Source of the DNA: a virus
Taxonomy: Duplodnaviria; Caudoviricetes
Direction: 5' to 3' (one strand)
Length of the DNA: 53,931 nt
IMG/VR virus record: IMGVR_UViG_3300017780_006886
Coordinates: 1 to 53,931 of that record
Part shown: positions 11,601-26,600 of the stretch, piece by piece
Position numbering within the stretch: the first letter of the stretch is position 1
Layout: the number at the start of each line of letters is the position of its first letter
Translations under genes and position numbers: made by a program
The notes under the pieces: model-generated
What the model saw: only the letters and a program-made list of their open reading frames with translations
What the model was told of the DNA's origin: nothing
The model's database searches: none

Positions 11601-14600
11601 ATTGAGTAACTCTGCTGTACTGCGCAATGGTAGAACCTTGGTTGCAAAACCAGACAGTACTACTACAGCTACCGTGACCGAAACATCACGATTTAGCACA
11701 GTAGTCACAGTTGATACAACAGCCGTAGCCAGTCAGGACATGTATATAACTGGCGGAGTTGCACCAACAAATATAGCTTCAATTAATCTAGGGAACCCAG
11801 TAATTATTACCACTGATTCTTCACATAACTTAGAAAATGGTGATAAGATTGTAATACGCGGAGTATTAGCATCTGCAGAATCTGAATTAAACGGTGGTAT
11901 ATATTGGGTCGGGGTAACCAACAGACTAACACTGGTTCTTTACAGTGACCCGGCATTGCAGAACACATTGGATGGTCGAAATTATAGTCCTTATGTCAGT
12001 GGCGGATATGTAGCTGGGTTTACGATCGAATATGGAGTAACTGTTACCAAAGTATTGAGTGAAACTCAGTTAGAGTTAAGCAGTGAAGTAAGTTTACTTG
12101 CTGGAACTACATTAGCGTTTGTTGGTAAAACAGCAACAGCTATCCCAGTGAGCACTGGAACAACAATATACGCAGTTAACATAACTGAGCACGGGTCAGG
12201 ATACCTTACTCCGCCATCTCTTTCTTTTACCTATTCTGGCGGCACTGCTCCGGTTGCCACTGCACTATTGAATGATGATGTACTTGATTATTTCAAAATT
12301 GTAAATCCAGGGGCCGGATACCAAATTGAAAATAGTCTAGTGTCTACTATTATCAGCACAGTAGTCGCTACTATATCCGACGATACATTGTATGACACAC
12401 GGTTATTGACATTTGCATCGGCCGACGATATATTTTATGTTAAGCCAGGGTGGATTGCTCTGCTGGTACTAGAAGAAAATCAAAACACAAGATATACAGA
12501 TTTTAGTCGAGTTCCATATGTAAGTACTGGAGTCACCGGGCCAGACCCTGACAACTTCTTGAACTATATGGATGTAGAGTTAACTAACGCCACCGTCTTA
12601 AAGGTACAATCAATTGATGAAAATATTATTACCCTAGATGGAGATATTATTTCTCTTGACGCCGATGGCGAGCCCATTCCATTGGTTGCAGGGTCTAAAA
12701 TACTTTTTACTGCAAAAAGCAGATTCTTTACAGAAGAATACTATGCTACAAGTGATCCAATTGGGGAATCTAAAACAACCTATCTGGTCAGAACTCCAGT
12801 AACAGATAGCAAAACAATTTTTTTAAACTCAATTGAAGGTATCCAATTTGGAATGAGTGTTCGTGATCTAGCCGGTAATTTACCATCAGGCTTACGAGTA
12901 TTATCAATTGATATTGTTAATCAAGCTATTGTGTTATCACAGCGAATAAACAGCGTTGCTGGCATTCCGTTATTGTTTAGTACCGAAGGATCAGTTACTG
13001 CAAATTTAAATTCAGCAAAACTATTAAAAGTACAAATTGAAGATGCTGGCTCAGAATATACTTCGGCACCTACTATTACCATTGAACCAGCTATTCCAAG
13101 TGTAGAAAAAGTTACTTCTAGTACTGGGACTGATCTGATCCAGGTAGACGATCTTGATGGAATTGTGATTGGAATGACAGTGACCAGTGAATACGGCATT
13201 GATGGTAGTGGTGTTACGACCGGCGCAATAGTTCCTCGAGTAATCGGGACAAGCATAGTACAAATAGGTACAGCAACATTTGAATACTTTGTGCAATTAA
13301 ATCAGGTGCAACCAGTTTTTCAAGGGTTGATAGCTAATTTTTCTTTAAGTGCAAAGGCATTAGCAAAAATTGAAAGCCTGAATGTGGTACAGACCGTAAC
13401 AGATGATCCTACGCCTGACACATACGAAGCAGATGATACCGTATTGATTGCATTGCCCACAATTGGGCAATCTGCAATTAAACAACGTCAAGTTGGAGTG
13501 AATACTTATAATCAATATTGGTTTGATGGAACAAACTGGATTCCATCACAGCAAAAAGAAGACTATAATCAGGCTCCGCTATTTGATATATTTGATCTAG
13601 CTGGGTATTCTGCTACTGATACATCAGTATATGTTGGTAGTAAGTTTTTTGGAACAAAATTATTTTCATATAAAACCGGTACCGGACCAACTGATCCTAA
13701 ATTAGGATTTTCACTGAGCTATAAGAATTTCCAGAACGTTGGAGATATTGAGTTTGTCAACAACTACGATACAGAAACTTTTCAATACCTATCAAACAAA
13801 CTAGAACTCAGTAAAGATGTTAACACAATGTACTTGAAGCAACAAACTTCAAGTGGTTTCCGTTATAGAAATATTTGGACTAAATTTGCCGAACCAACCA
13901 AACAGTATCAGATTATTACACACGAGTTTGATGGATTAACTAATTATTTTGAAATTGATGTTTTGCCAGCTGAAAGCAAAACCATCCCTTACGTTAAGAT
14001 CTACGTAGACAATGCAATAACTGATCCTACACAATATGAAATTGTAAAACATGGTGGGCGATATGCTGTAATAATTGATGGATCATTATTGTCAATTGAT
14101 CCTATAAGCAAAGTTGACATATTAATCTATAGCAAGTCATCGTCGTCAATTGGACACTACCAATTACCAGCAAATCTTGATCAAAATGCAGAAAATTTAA
14201 ATTTTGAATCACTAACTCTTGGACAGTTGCGACAACATTTGATAACAATGAGCACCAGCCATTATGGAATGACTGGCAATGTACTTGGCACAAATAATCT
14301 TAGAGATCTGAATATTAAACCATGGCAAGGTGCTGTTGTACAACATGCCAGCCCTGTGATGTATAGTTCTTTATTTCTTGGGGACAACGGTTTAGAATTT
14401 ATTGAAGCAATTGAATATGCTCAGAAAGAGTATACTAAATTTAAAAATAAATTTATTGACCAAGGTATTAAAGCTGACATAGATCCTAGAGATATTCCAC
14501 TGGCAGTTGATACATTAATGAGATTAATTAATGTAGGAAAAAACACCAGCATGCCCTGGTACGATAGCGATATGATACCATACGGTACTGCTGCAATTAC

Positions 14601-17600
14601 TACAATTATTCCAATTGTTGATGTCAGGCTGCGCCGTTATCAATTACCTAATGCGTTTGATGATACAGTATTAAGCAGAAGATCGGTGCTGGTATATCTT
14701 GAGGACTCAACCACTCCACGAGTAAAGACACAGTTAGTAAAAGGTATAGATTTTACGTTTAATGCAGATCTTTCTGCAATCGATATTACGTCCACAGTAA
14801 ATCTAACATACACATCTCAATTGAGAATCATTGATCGTCCAACAACTGTTGGTTGTTATGTTCCTGAGACCCCAACCAAACTTGGACTACATCCTCGATA
14901 TATTCCTCGTATGTTTGTTGACGATACATATCAGACTCCAATACTGGTGATACAAGGACATGATGGTAGTATTACTCCTGCATTCAACGACATCAGAGAT
15001 CAATTACTGTTAGAACTAGAACTAAGAATTTATAACAATATTAAAGTTGACTATCAGGTTACACTGCTAGATATAATTGACTCAGTACCGGGTAAGTTTA
15101 GATCTATTAATTACTCACTCAGTGAGTTCAATCAGTTATTGAGTAAAAATTTCTTGAAGTGGGCAAGCATCGGGCAAGTAAATTATAGTGCAAACACTAC
15201 ATTTGAAAGTAATAATGCATGGACCTGGAACTATAAAAATCTTAAAGATTTCACTGGTGAATTCGTTCCGGGATTCTGGAGAGGAATATATCAGTATTTC
15301 TATGACACTGACAAACCGCACGTGACTCCATGGGAGATGCTAGGGTTTTATGAAAAACCAAGTTGGTGGGAAGAAAACTACGGGCCTGCTCCATATACCG
15401 GGGCAAACACAGTGTTATGGGATGACCTAGAACTAGGATTAATTGCAGGCGGGCCTAGACTTGGAATTGACACACGCTTTGCTCGACCAGGATTAAGTCG
15501 CGTGATTCCAGTTGACGAATTTGGCATGCTAAAAAGTCCAGAGAAAGTTTTATTATCAAGATTTGATTCTACTAGATTAAGTAGCAGCTGGGCAATTGGG
15601 GATGCAGGTCCTGCCGAATCGGCCTGGCGCAAAAGTAGTCATTATCCTTATGCATTGCAAATAGCAATAGCGTTGAGCCGCCCGGGGTTCTATTTTGGAA
15701 CACTGTTTGATATTTCTCTTTACAAACGGAACACAGAAGTTGATCAGTTGTTACTGGTCACAGACAATCAGCGTGTGAGGAAAACAACAGTAAGAATCTC
15801 CGACGACGGTGTAAATTCTGGCACTACAACATTCACAGCAGGGTACGTTAACTGGGTACGTGATTGGTTTAGTAGTAAAGCAATAGATGGAACAGCAAAG
15901 ATTAAAAAATTAATACAGTCATTGGAAGTAAAACTTAGTTACAAGATGGCTGGTTACAGTGATAGTAAATTTTTAAATGTATTAGCTGATCAAAGTTCTC
16001 CGGCCAGTGGCAGTAGTAACATCATAATTCCTCAGGAAAATTATAAAATTTTCTTGAACAAATCGGCACCGTTGTCAAGAATTGTGTACAGTGCAGTAAT
16101 TATCGAACGTACCACCACAGGATTTTCTGTAGCAGGGTATGATCTTGAAAATCCATACTTCACTATTATACCAAGTGAAGTAAACGGTAGTTTTTATTCT
16201 ATCACAGCAATCAATGATACCGCAGTGATCTATAGAGACTTTCAACCTATTAAATTAACAGTTCCATATGGATTTGAGTTTTCGTCCCGCCAGCAAGTGG
16301 TTGACTTTTTAGTCAGCTACGGAAGGTACTTAACTGGGCAAGGCATGGTGTTTGACACGTTTAGTCCTGAACTAGAAGTAAAACAAGATTGGACACTAAG
16401 TGCCCGAGAATTTTTAACCTGGGCACAACAAGGGTGGAAAGCTGGCAATTTAGTTATACTAAGCCCGGTATATAATAGTATTAAAATTATCAATACTGAT
16501 GGAGTAATTGATTCAGTTGAAAACATTTTGAGCGGTAGTAAAATACTTGATCAAAATTTTGTTAAAATAAAAAATAGTCAATTTAGTGTGGTCAGGGATG
16601 AAAATACTTTCTCGCTAACATCAGTTTTTGGTCAAACCATTGCATTGGCTGACTTGAATTTAATTCAGTATGAGCATGTGCTACTGTTGGATAATGTCAC
16701 AGTGTTCAATGATATTGTGTATCAACCAGCATTGAACAATAGGCAATATCGATTGCGTCTAATAGGAAATAAAGTTGGCTCATGGACTGGACAATTGAAC
16801 CCAGCTGGATTTATATACAACAGCGATAGTGTTGATGTTTGGAAAATGCAAACAAACTATAAAAAAGGTACTTTAATTAATTTTAAAGAAAATTATTACT
16901 ATGCTTCCAGCGATGTTCCAGCATCAATTGATTTTGATTTTTCATACTGGACACCTATAGAGAAATCTAGAATTAAAACTGGCCTACTACCAAACTTTGC
17001 GTACAATGCTGAAAAGTTCAATGATATATACGATCTTGACCATCGTCCAGTGGACCTGCAGTTAAATAAACTAAGTCAAGGTATCACTGGGTTTAGAGAC
17101 CGTGCATACTTCCAGGATTTTAAATTAGATGTAACTTCGCAGGCTAAATTTTATCAAGGCTTTATTAAACAAAAAGGCACAGCGAGTGCAATTGATGCAT
17201 TAACCACTGCAACTTTTGAAAACCTAACCAGCAGTATTACTCTTTACGAAGAATGGGGAATGCGTGTTGGGGAGTATGGGGCATTAGGCAGTAATCAGTC
17301 AATTGAGTTTCAACTTGATGAAACCCAGTTTACCAGTGACCCATCAACAGTGGTATTAATTACCCGGGGCGAAACTCCTACCGAAGGAGTAATAAATGTT
17401 AATCCATTGGATCTGTATCGTACATCCGAAGATAAATTTAATCAGTATCCTATACAAACTCGTTTAGATGTCAGAACTCGCCCTGGAGACGCAGTTACAG
17501 CTGGCTATCCAAGAGTGGATGATGTTGATGATACTATTTTTGATCTAGCCGAGTATCAAAACTACAGTAGTCTCGTGACAGATATTGGTTCTGGATTTAA

Positions 17601-20600
17601 ACTCTGGGTAGCTAAAGATTTTAATAAAAATTGGAATGTATATAGAGCAACTGAAACCAATGTACTAATAAACGAATTGCAAATTGGGCTCGACAGCCAG
17701 ATCACTATTAATGTTGACCGACCGCACGGGTTGATGCCAGACGATTTAACTATCATTAAGAATTTTGCCAATGGACAGTTTGACGGGTTTTATAGGGTAC
17801 TTTCAGTTCCAACTGCAATTTCTTTTGTGGTCCAAGGCTATAAAAATGTAGCATCGTTGCGATCACAACAAAGTATAACCGGCAGCGGCATATTATTACT
17901 AATGATATCAGTTAGATACAGTCGTATCAATGAACTGGTATCAACTGTACCATTGCACGGATGGCGTGACAAAGATCGAGTATGGATAGATAACGACATT
18001 GCAAATGATGTATGGGCAGTGTTTGAAAAAAATAACGGCTGGGATTTTGATCGAGTGTTACCAGTACGCCAAGGTGATTGGCGTGTGAATGAAGGATACG
18101 GTGGTGCATTAAAAATCAGTAGAGACAACAGTTTGATATTAGCGGCTGCTAAAAATTCATCATCGGGATCAATATCGGGACTGCGGATAATTCATCCAGG
18201 ATTTTTATATGATGCAGCTGAAGATACATTTAGTTTACCACTAACCGACGGTGGATCTATGGCCACAGTAGATATCGACGAAATCAGTAGAACATTGTTA
18301 TATACTCGAGTTACTAATTCTGGCAGTGGCTACACTCATCAACCCAATGTAACAGTCAGCGACACATCTACTTTGGTTACCACCTATACAGGTAATGTAT
18401 ACAACAGCAGTACTCTTACTCTAACTACCTTATCAGAATCAAATACAAAAACTGCATTGTTAGATGCATATCCTACCAGAGCTAATATTATCCTTGGCAA
18501 TATTAACGATATCTGGATAGGAGATACAGTCACAGGGTCGGACGGACAAGGCAATTCAATTCCTGGAACCACATTGGTGGCCAATATTAACTATAACACC
18601 AATATGGTTACACTGACTAACAGTTTCCAGTGGAACATTACAAGTAATCCAAGTCTGACGTTCACAAGATCTAAAGTCCAAGTTGGTGATATTGTGACCG
18701 CAGCTGATAATGTTGGAAATGTGGTTGGTGTAGAACTAACCACAATTACAACTATTAGTACATCAACAAATCAAATTACGCTAAACAGAAACGTTTACTT
18801 AAACGGTGGAACAACAATCAATCTATCTAGAGGCACTGGCGGCAATGTACAGGCTCGATTAGCACCTACCTCAGTTACTTCGATTACTGTTGTGGATAGT
18901 GGCGCTGGATTTACCGTTGCACCTCAAATTGAATTTATTGGTGGTGGTGGCCGCGGAGCAACTGCACAAGTAACTCTTAGCTCAGAAGGTGCAATTCTTA
19001 GTGTTGCCATTACTAATTCTGGAATAGGATATACTTCGGCCCCAGACGCTGAATTAATTACTACCAATATTGGATCTACTGCAAAACTTAGAGTTAACCT
19101 AGCACCATCAACAGTAGAGTTTTTGTATATTGGAGCAAGTGGCACAGATTATAAAAAACCAAAATTAACAATAACTACCTATACTGGTACATCCGGATCA
19201 GGAGCAACTGGTAATGTTAATGTTACTAATAAATCCATTGGATCTGTGATTATTAGAAACTACGGAGTTGGCTATACAACTAAACCAAATATAGTTATTA
19301 CTGATTCGGTCGGTGTTGGATCAGGCGCAGTGTTTGAAGCATTATATCAGAGCGGTCAAGTAAAAACATTTCAACCTGGTGAAAATAATTTAATTACCCA
19401 GGTTCAAAATGTGCCTGTATTTGGACCAGATGCTGCTGAATTTGGATACGAGATTGACATTGGCCTCCGCTATGCATTTATTGGTGCGCCAGGCACACTG
19501 AATGCCAAAGGAGCAGTAGAAATTGCTTCAAGCACTGGGTCAGCTTGGGTACCACAACAGGTGCTATCACCTACTACGTTAGCATTTGGTGATCGATTTG
19601 GTCACAGTGTGGTAATCTCTAAAGATGAAAGATGGTTGTATGTTGGGGCACCGGGCGCAGGCAAAGTATTTGCGTATGTACGAAAAACCACGCCCGAGAA
19701 TCGTCGTAAACTTACAGTAGGACAAAATCAAACATCCTATGTAACAGATCTTTACACAGTAAAACAAAATATTGAGATTAAAGTTGTTGGAGAAAGTGGA
19801 CGAGTATTTGAACCTTCATTTGATTATAATATTCTTGCAGGTATAATTACTTTTAAAAACTTTGGAATTATTTCTAGTGAACGTTTTCTATTTGTGTCGC
19901 AGTTGTATCCAGCCACAGTAATTACGTCACCACCTAGAGCAAACGATTCAATAGATCCTTACACGATTCAAGGTGTACTTGTTACTACCTACGAGTTAGT
20001 AGCCCCACCGCGCGAAGATGAACAAATGATAGTTCAAGGGTCTGATGGGCGTGTGTTTATTCTTGGAATAGATTATACTATTGCAGGAAAAACTTTAACT
20101 TTTTTAAACACTGAATTCACTGAGCAAGCTTCGATCGTTGTACAAATATTAGAAAAATATTATGTACTGTCAGGGGTCATTGAACCTGATGATCAGACAA
20201 TTTGGGAGGATGGAGTTTCTGCATCTGAATATAACCGAATTGCAATAGCCGGGGAAGTAAACACCTATGCCGACCTAGCCGGCGGCGGGTTCATTACTGG
20301 CGACCTAATCAAAGTTTTAAATTTACAAGTAGACGGTTCGTATAACTCGTACGAGATGTATCTAAAGACGGCCAGTTCGTATGCCCTTAAAGGTACAGAA
20401 AATAGAAGCATAACCCGAGGTGTGGGACAATTTGGATCGTCGTTGGCAACTACGTCAGACTGCTACCAACTGATTGTGGGCGCCCCTGAATATACTGCAA
20501 CAGACACCGGCGAACTAAAATCCGGAAAAGTATACATATTCGACAGACTATACACAGTGTTCACCGGAACCGGCGGAAACTCAACGGTGTTCAATACACT

Positions 20601-23600
20601 GCAATCATTACAAATTGGCACAAAAGTTACGATCAACGGAATTGAAGTAATTGAAAATGTGGATTACACCGCAAATGGTACAGCCATTGAGTTTGTTACA
20701 GCACCTGCTAACGGTGCCAGAATTCAAGTTGATGTTAATGCATTTAACATTGTTCAATCAATCGAGTCACCATCAGCAATATTTAAAGGCTACTACGGCG
20801 CAACTGTTGCAATATCACCAGATAACAAAAATATTTTTGTTGGAGCTCCGGGCTATCGAGATGTTGACTACTACAATGGTAGAGTGTATAGATATATCAA
20901 TCAGGCACTGGCATACGGTAAAATTACTGCAACAATCAGTCGTCCACAAACAATCAGCTCCGACACAATCAGGATCAATGATGTAGAAGTTTTGTTGCAG
21001 GCGTCAGGCAATGTAACAACAAAGATAGCCAAAGATATCAACGGAAAAAATATCACAGGAATATCTTCTCGTACAGATGGTGTTAGTAGTGTAATATTTG
21101 ATGACACACAATCGTTCATCCGAGGGTCTGGGTATTATACATCAAATGTAGCAGCGGTAATTGATCCACCTGATCAGACCATTGGAAATCAGGCCTATGC
21201 AAATGTAGTAACATTATTTGGAAATGGCGCAGTTGAATCAGTGACCATTACTGCAACCGGTGCTGGATATACATTTGCACCTAATATAAGATTCACTGGT
21301 GCCAATACTATCCAACCAACGGCAACGGTTGAAATTGAAAGTTCACCGTTAACAATCTTCACTACAGATTTTGCGCGAGCCAAGACTATCAACATATTGC
21401 CGGGCATTGGATCTGGTCTAGCTGACATTGGCTTAGAAATATATGTGCCAACGCAGATATTCCAGCACCCAGATCTTGGTGTTCCTGAAAAATATGGTAG
21501 CCTTATCAAGGTTGATCCAGAGTCTGGCGAAACACTAATGGTAGGAAGTGAAGGAGCTGCCACATTAAAAACTGCAACATTTGACGCATTGGAGACTTTG
21601 TTTGATAGAGATACCACACGATTCATTGACGTACTCAAAGGCAGCGGTGCCGTATATGTATACGACTACCTACCTGTTACGGGCGAAACACTAGACGAAC
21701 CTAGTCAGTACTTATATAATCAGGTATTACAAAATTCTAACATCTTGTTTGGTGATAATTTTGGATCGGGTTTTTCAATTAATAATAATTGGGTTGTTGT
21801 TGGAGCCAATGCAAGCGATTATTACGACACTAATGCCGGCCTGGTACATTTGTTTAAAAATATGTCTGGCAAAAAAGGATGGACCAAACTCCGTAATAGA
21901 ACTGATGTTGTTGATATAGATTACATTAACAAGGTATTTTTGTATGATAAAAACACTCAACTAATTGATACTGCGCTAGATTATTTTGATCCTGTTAAGG
22001 GAAAAATACTAGGAGCAGCTGATCAAGACATTGATTATAAAACTGCATACGACCCTGCTGTTTATAACAAAGGAAACAGCAGCACAGTTACTATCGATTC
22101 TTCCACTCCATGGAACGAGGTCCAACTGGGGCGTGTCTGGTGGAATCTGGATGTATGCCGTTATATAAATTACGAGCAAGGTGAGTTAACCTATCGTGTA
22201 AATTATTGGGGACAACTATTTCCAGACTCAACGATTGAGGTTCTTGAATGGGTTGAGAGTTTGGTATTACCAAGCCAGTATGCCGCTACAAATGATGGCG
22301 AAGCAAAATACAACGACAATAGTGCCTATGTTGAAATTGTTTATCTTGACACACAGTCTGGCTTGTTTAAAACCAAATATTACTATTGGGTAAAAAATAA
22401 AGTTGGAGTAGACACTGTAAAAACACGCCGTGCCCGCAGTATTTCTGCATTGCAGAATCTAATAGAATATCCTGCCCAGCAAGATATACCTTATCTTGCG
22501 GTTGTTTCACCAAACGCATTTAGCATCTACAATGTTAATACGTTGATCACTTCAACGGACAAAATTCTCAAAATTGAATATGCAACTACATTAAATGAAA
22601 TTATTGCTCATAGCGAGTACGAGTTAATACAACAAGGAAACGCACTGAGCGTGATTCCTGCTAAACTTATCAATAAATTAATTGATAGTTTAAGCGGCGA
22701 AAATTCTGCTGGCGAAGTTGTGCCAGACCTCAGACTTAAAGATAATCAACGGTTGGGTATCGGCATTAGACCTCGACAAAGTATGATAGCAGATGTACCA
22801 ACCGCTGTTAAAATTTTTGTTGGGTATATTAATAGATTCCTACAGTCTGAATTAGTTGTTAGATTATATGACATATCTGGTCTTAGTACATATGAGGCAC
22901 TTCCCTCAGACGCTGGCGGTTTTTATAATCAGGCTGTAGACACTCTTGACGAATTATTTTACATTTTAACAGAATCATTGTTGGTAGGATATAAAGTATT
23001 GATTAAAACAGATTCAGCCAATGAAGGATTCTGGACCATATATGAATACCAACCAGACAATACTCAGACGGACTCTGTATGGGTATTAAACAGAATTCAA
23101 AGCCACGACAGCACACGTTACTGGAAATATGCTGATTGGTATGTAACAGGCTATAATATCAATACTCAGATAACATATATTGTTCCTGAATTTAAGGATA
23201 TTGCAGCACTGGACATCACCGCAGGTGATGTCATTAAAGTGCTCGACGACGGACAAGGTAACTTTGAACTTTATGCTGTTGATGCTAATTTTGTTCCAAT
23301 TATTGCGGGTGTTGAAAATGGAACTATTCAGTTACTATCAAGTTTGTATGATCAAGATGAGGCATTAGTTGGGTTTGATAACACAGGATTTGATAACACA
23401 GGATTTGCAAAGACTGCTGCCATTGAGTTACGCAATATTATCAATGGACTATTCAATGGAGTATTTGTTGGTCTCAATGAGGTAGAGATTAACAAAGTTT
23501 TCTTTGTATTAGTTAATTATATCTTAAGTGAACAAGCATCAGTGGATTGGATATTAAAAACAAGTTTTATATCCATAGTGCATAAAATTCGTAAACTGCT

Positions 23601-26600
23601 ACAATTTCCGTCCTATATTAAAGATCAGCAAGATTACTTTGAAAGCTATATCAACGAAGTTAAGCCGTACAGAACTCAAATCAGAAGCTATCTATTAGAC
23701 TACGAAGGAACAGATATAGTCAGCACGGCCGCGTCTGATTTTGATTTACCTGCATTTTATGATTCAACCATTGGATCATACCGTGCTCTAAATATTGGTA
23801 ATCCAGCTGATCTAGAGTTTATTAATTTTACTTCTGCCAAAAGTTGGCTAGATAATTACAAATACAGTATACAATCAATCACTGTGATTGATGGCGGAAG
23901 TGGATACGTTGGCATTCCTCGAGTTACAATCGCTGGTGGCGGTGGAACAGGTGCAATTGTAACCGCAGAAATTAATGCACAAACTGGAAAAGTTATTGCT
24001 GTTGTTGTTGATACCCCAGGATCTGGATATACCTATCAACCTACTGTGACATTTAGCGGTGGTGGTGGCGATGTTGTAAGTGCAAAGGCTTATGTAAATT
24101 TTGTTCAATTGTCGGGCAATGTGTCAATTAATACACAAAATAAACTTGTGCGATCAATTAACACTACATTAAAGTTTGATCGAACTGCATACCTGTCAGT
24201 GGTTAAACGTTGGAAACAATATACAACATATCACCCCGGCGATATAATTGCTGTGCCCGATGTAACACAATCGTATTTTACAAACTATCCTGACCAACTA
24301 ATATCAAACTATACCAATGCATATCGCATAGTTAAAACAGTATTAGCTGCAGAAACGTTGAGCTTGAATATATTCAACGATTCAACTATTGTAACAAAAC
24401 TTTCAGGCAGTGATATTCCTAATGCATTGGACAGAGTAGCTTTGTATAATAGACCGGGCTCTCCAGATATTGCAGTCCTATATAGTAGCCCAGATACACA
24501 GCGTTTAGACTCAGTTAGTATAAATGATCAAGTTAGTTCATCGGGCAATGAATGGAATAAAGTTATTCATAGCATTGTTGTACCTTCTGTCCATGAATAC
24601 CAATATCTTGCTATTGGCAATCGGGCACTAATAGCAATAAGCCAAGACAGTGTCAATTGGACAATAGTGCCATTGACAGAGCCTCAGATTAATCTTAGAG
24701 ATGCAGTTCTTTATAATGGCACAACCTGGGTAGCAGTGGGGAACCAAGGTACTCTGCTGACAAGTGTTGACACAGCAACCTGGACTAAAGAAATAGTAAA
24801 CGAATACAGATCTAGTCCGTCGGCTGATAACGAATTAGGTACTCTACAACAAAATGTGTCACAAGCAATTGATTTCACTTCGGTAGAATATGCAAAGTCT
24901 ACCAGAGGTGACTACTTAATAGCTGTTGGTAACGGAAGTAACATCTTGGTTAATCCATATGATACTTCTGCAGATATTGATCAAGGTTGGTATAGCGCAC
25001 GCCCACAGCCTGGAATTTTTGGTTCTCCAATACAATTTTTATCAGTGATCACAAAATCATTCAATGACTTGACTGATATAGATGGCACCAATTATTTGTC
25101 AACGCTGGAGTTGTCGGGGTATTTTACAACAATCACAGTGATCAAATCAGCAAGCTGGGGATCTGTAACAGGCAGTACTACATTAACAATCACAGCACCG
25201 GTGCAATCAGTTGCTGGCGCAGTGTTTGTTGGATCAGTATTTTATAATTCAAATTTACCAACCGCGGTTGATTCGGTAGTAACAGATATTGTCAATGATG
25301 GAACAACATATACATTTGAGATTGAATTTAGTCTTGCTCAGACCGTAACAGCAAAAACTGGTCAGACTATTAATTTATCTACTGTGGACACAGGGTTGAC
25401 ACTGCAACAAGGATTCGTTATTGCAGGTGGTGTTAATGGTAATTTTTACATAACTTCATATGCAAGAATTGATGATTTATTACAAGGATATTCAAAACGC
25501 TATAACTACGACCTTGGCAAGAAAGATGATGAAAATTACCCATGGGTGCCAATGAATGCTCCGGCGGCAGTAGCCGGGTCAGGTGATAATGCAAGCGGAG
25601 AACAAATTTCAGGAATTGCAATGAGCAATTTTTACGACCGCTGGATTGTTGCAGTTGGATCAGGTGGTTCACTTATTTGGAATCGATTGGATAGTCCACT
25701 TCAGGTCAGAGCCGGAAGTGTAGAGCTATCGGGCGATACAGATAGTCGGACTGTTATTGATTATGGTATTGAAGTGTTTAAGAATTTTAGAGAATTTAAT
25801 GTAGCCGACTTTGAATATCCATTGACAAAAGAAATACTTGCTAAAATTAATTTTACTGACGTATCTTGGGATGGTGAAAAATTTGTTGCGGTAGGAGATC
25901 GTTCTACAGTGATATGGGGGTATCCGGGAAACCAGGACGAAGCATATATTGAACTTGGTAATCTAAACCCAATACTGATTGCAACTACTAGAACAGCATC
26001 AGCATCCTGGACCGGTGGTAGTAATATTACCACGCTGCTGGTTACCGTTGCAACTTCAGCGATATCTGGGCCAGTGTTACCCGGCATGACAATGTCCAGT
26101 ACTGATCTGCCAGTTGATAGTTTAGTTACTATGGTTAGAACATACAATAATACACTTGATTACTATGAAATTACCATTGAGTTTACAACTGCAACAGTTG
26201 CCACACGTAGTACTCAAAATATTGCAATGAGCTATGTGTTCACTGACGATATTCCTGTAGGCACAGAATTAACATTTGATGGCCCAAGTAATCAAACTGT
26301 TACCTTAACAACCAGCCGTGCTGCCAGCGCTGGTGACACGAGAATATACGTTGAAGGATTTAACAGTGTGTCAGCAAATTGGAGAATAAGCGGAATTGGA
26401 ATCCCACCTGATGCGCGAGTTCGATTGGTAGGTAAGTTTGCACAGTTCAATTGGAAATATGCGCAAGGCAGTGGCCGCGATGTAACAATTGATTACAACA
26501 GCACGTCTGTAAACACAACTACACTACGACTTGATACGCCATTTACTGCTAATATTCCATCTGGCACGTTGTTAACATTCTTTGATTCCACTGGTACAAG

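Noticed and set aside
23374-23407. 15-bp direct repeat TTTGATAACACAGGA x2
   Set aside because: In-frame GFDNT duplication within the giant protein; too short to indicate a mobile element or array.
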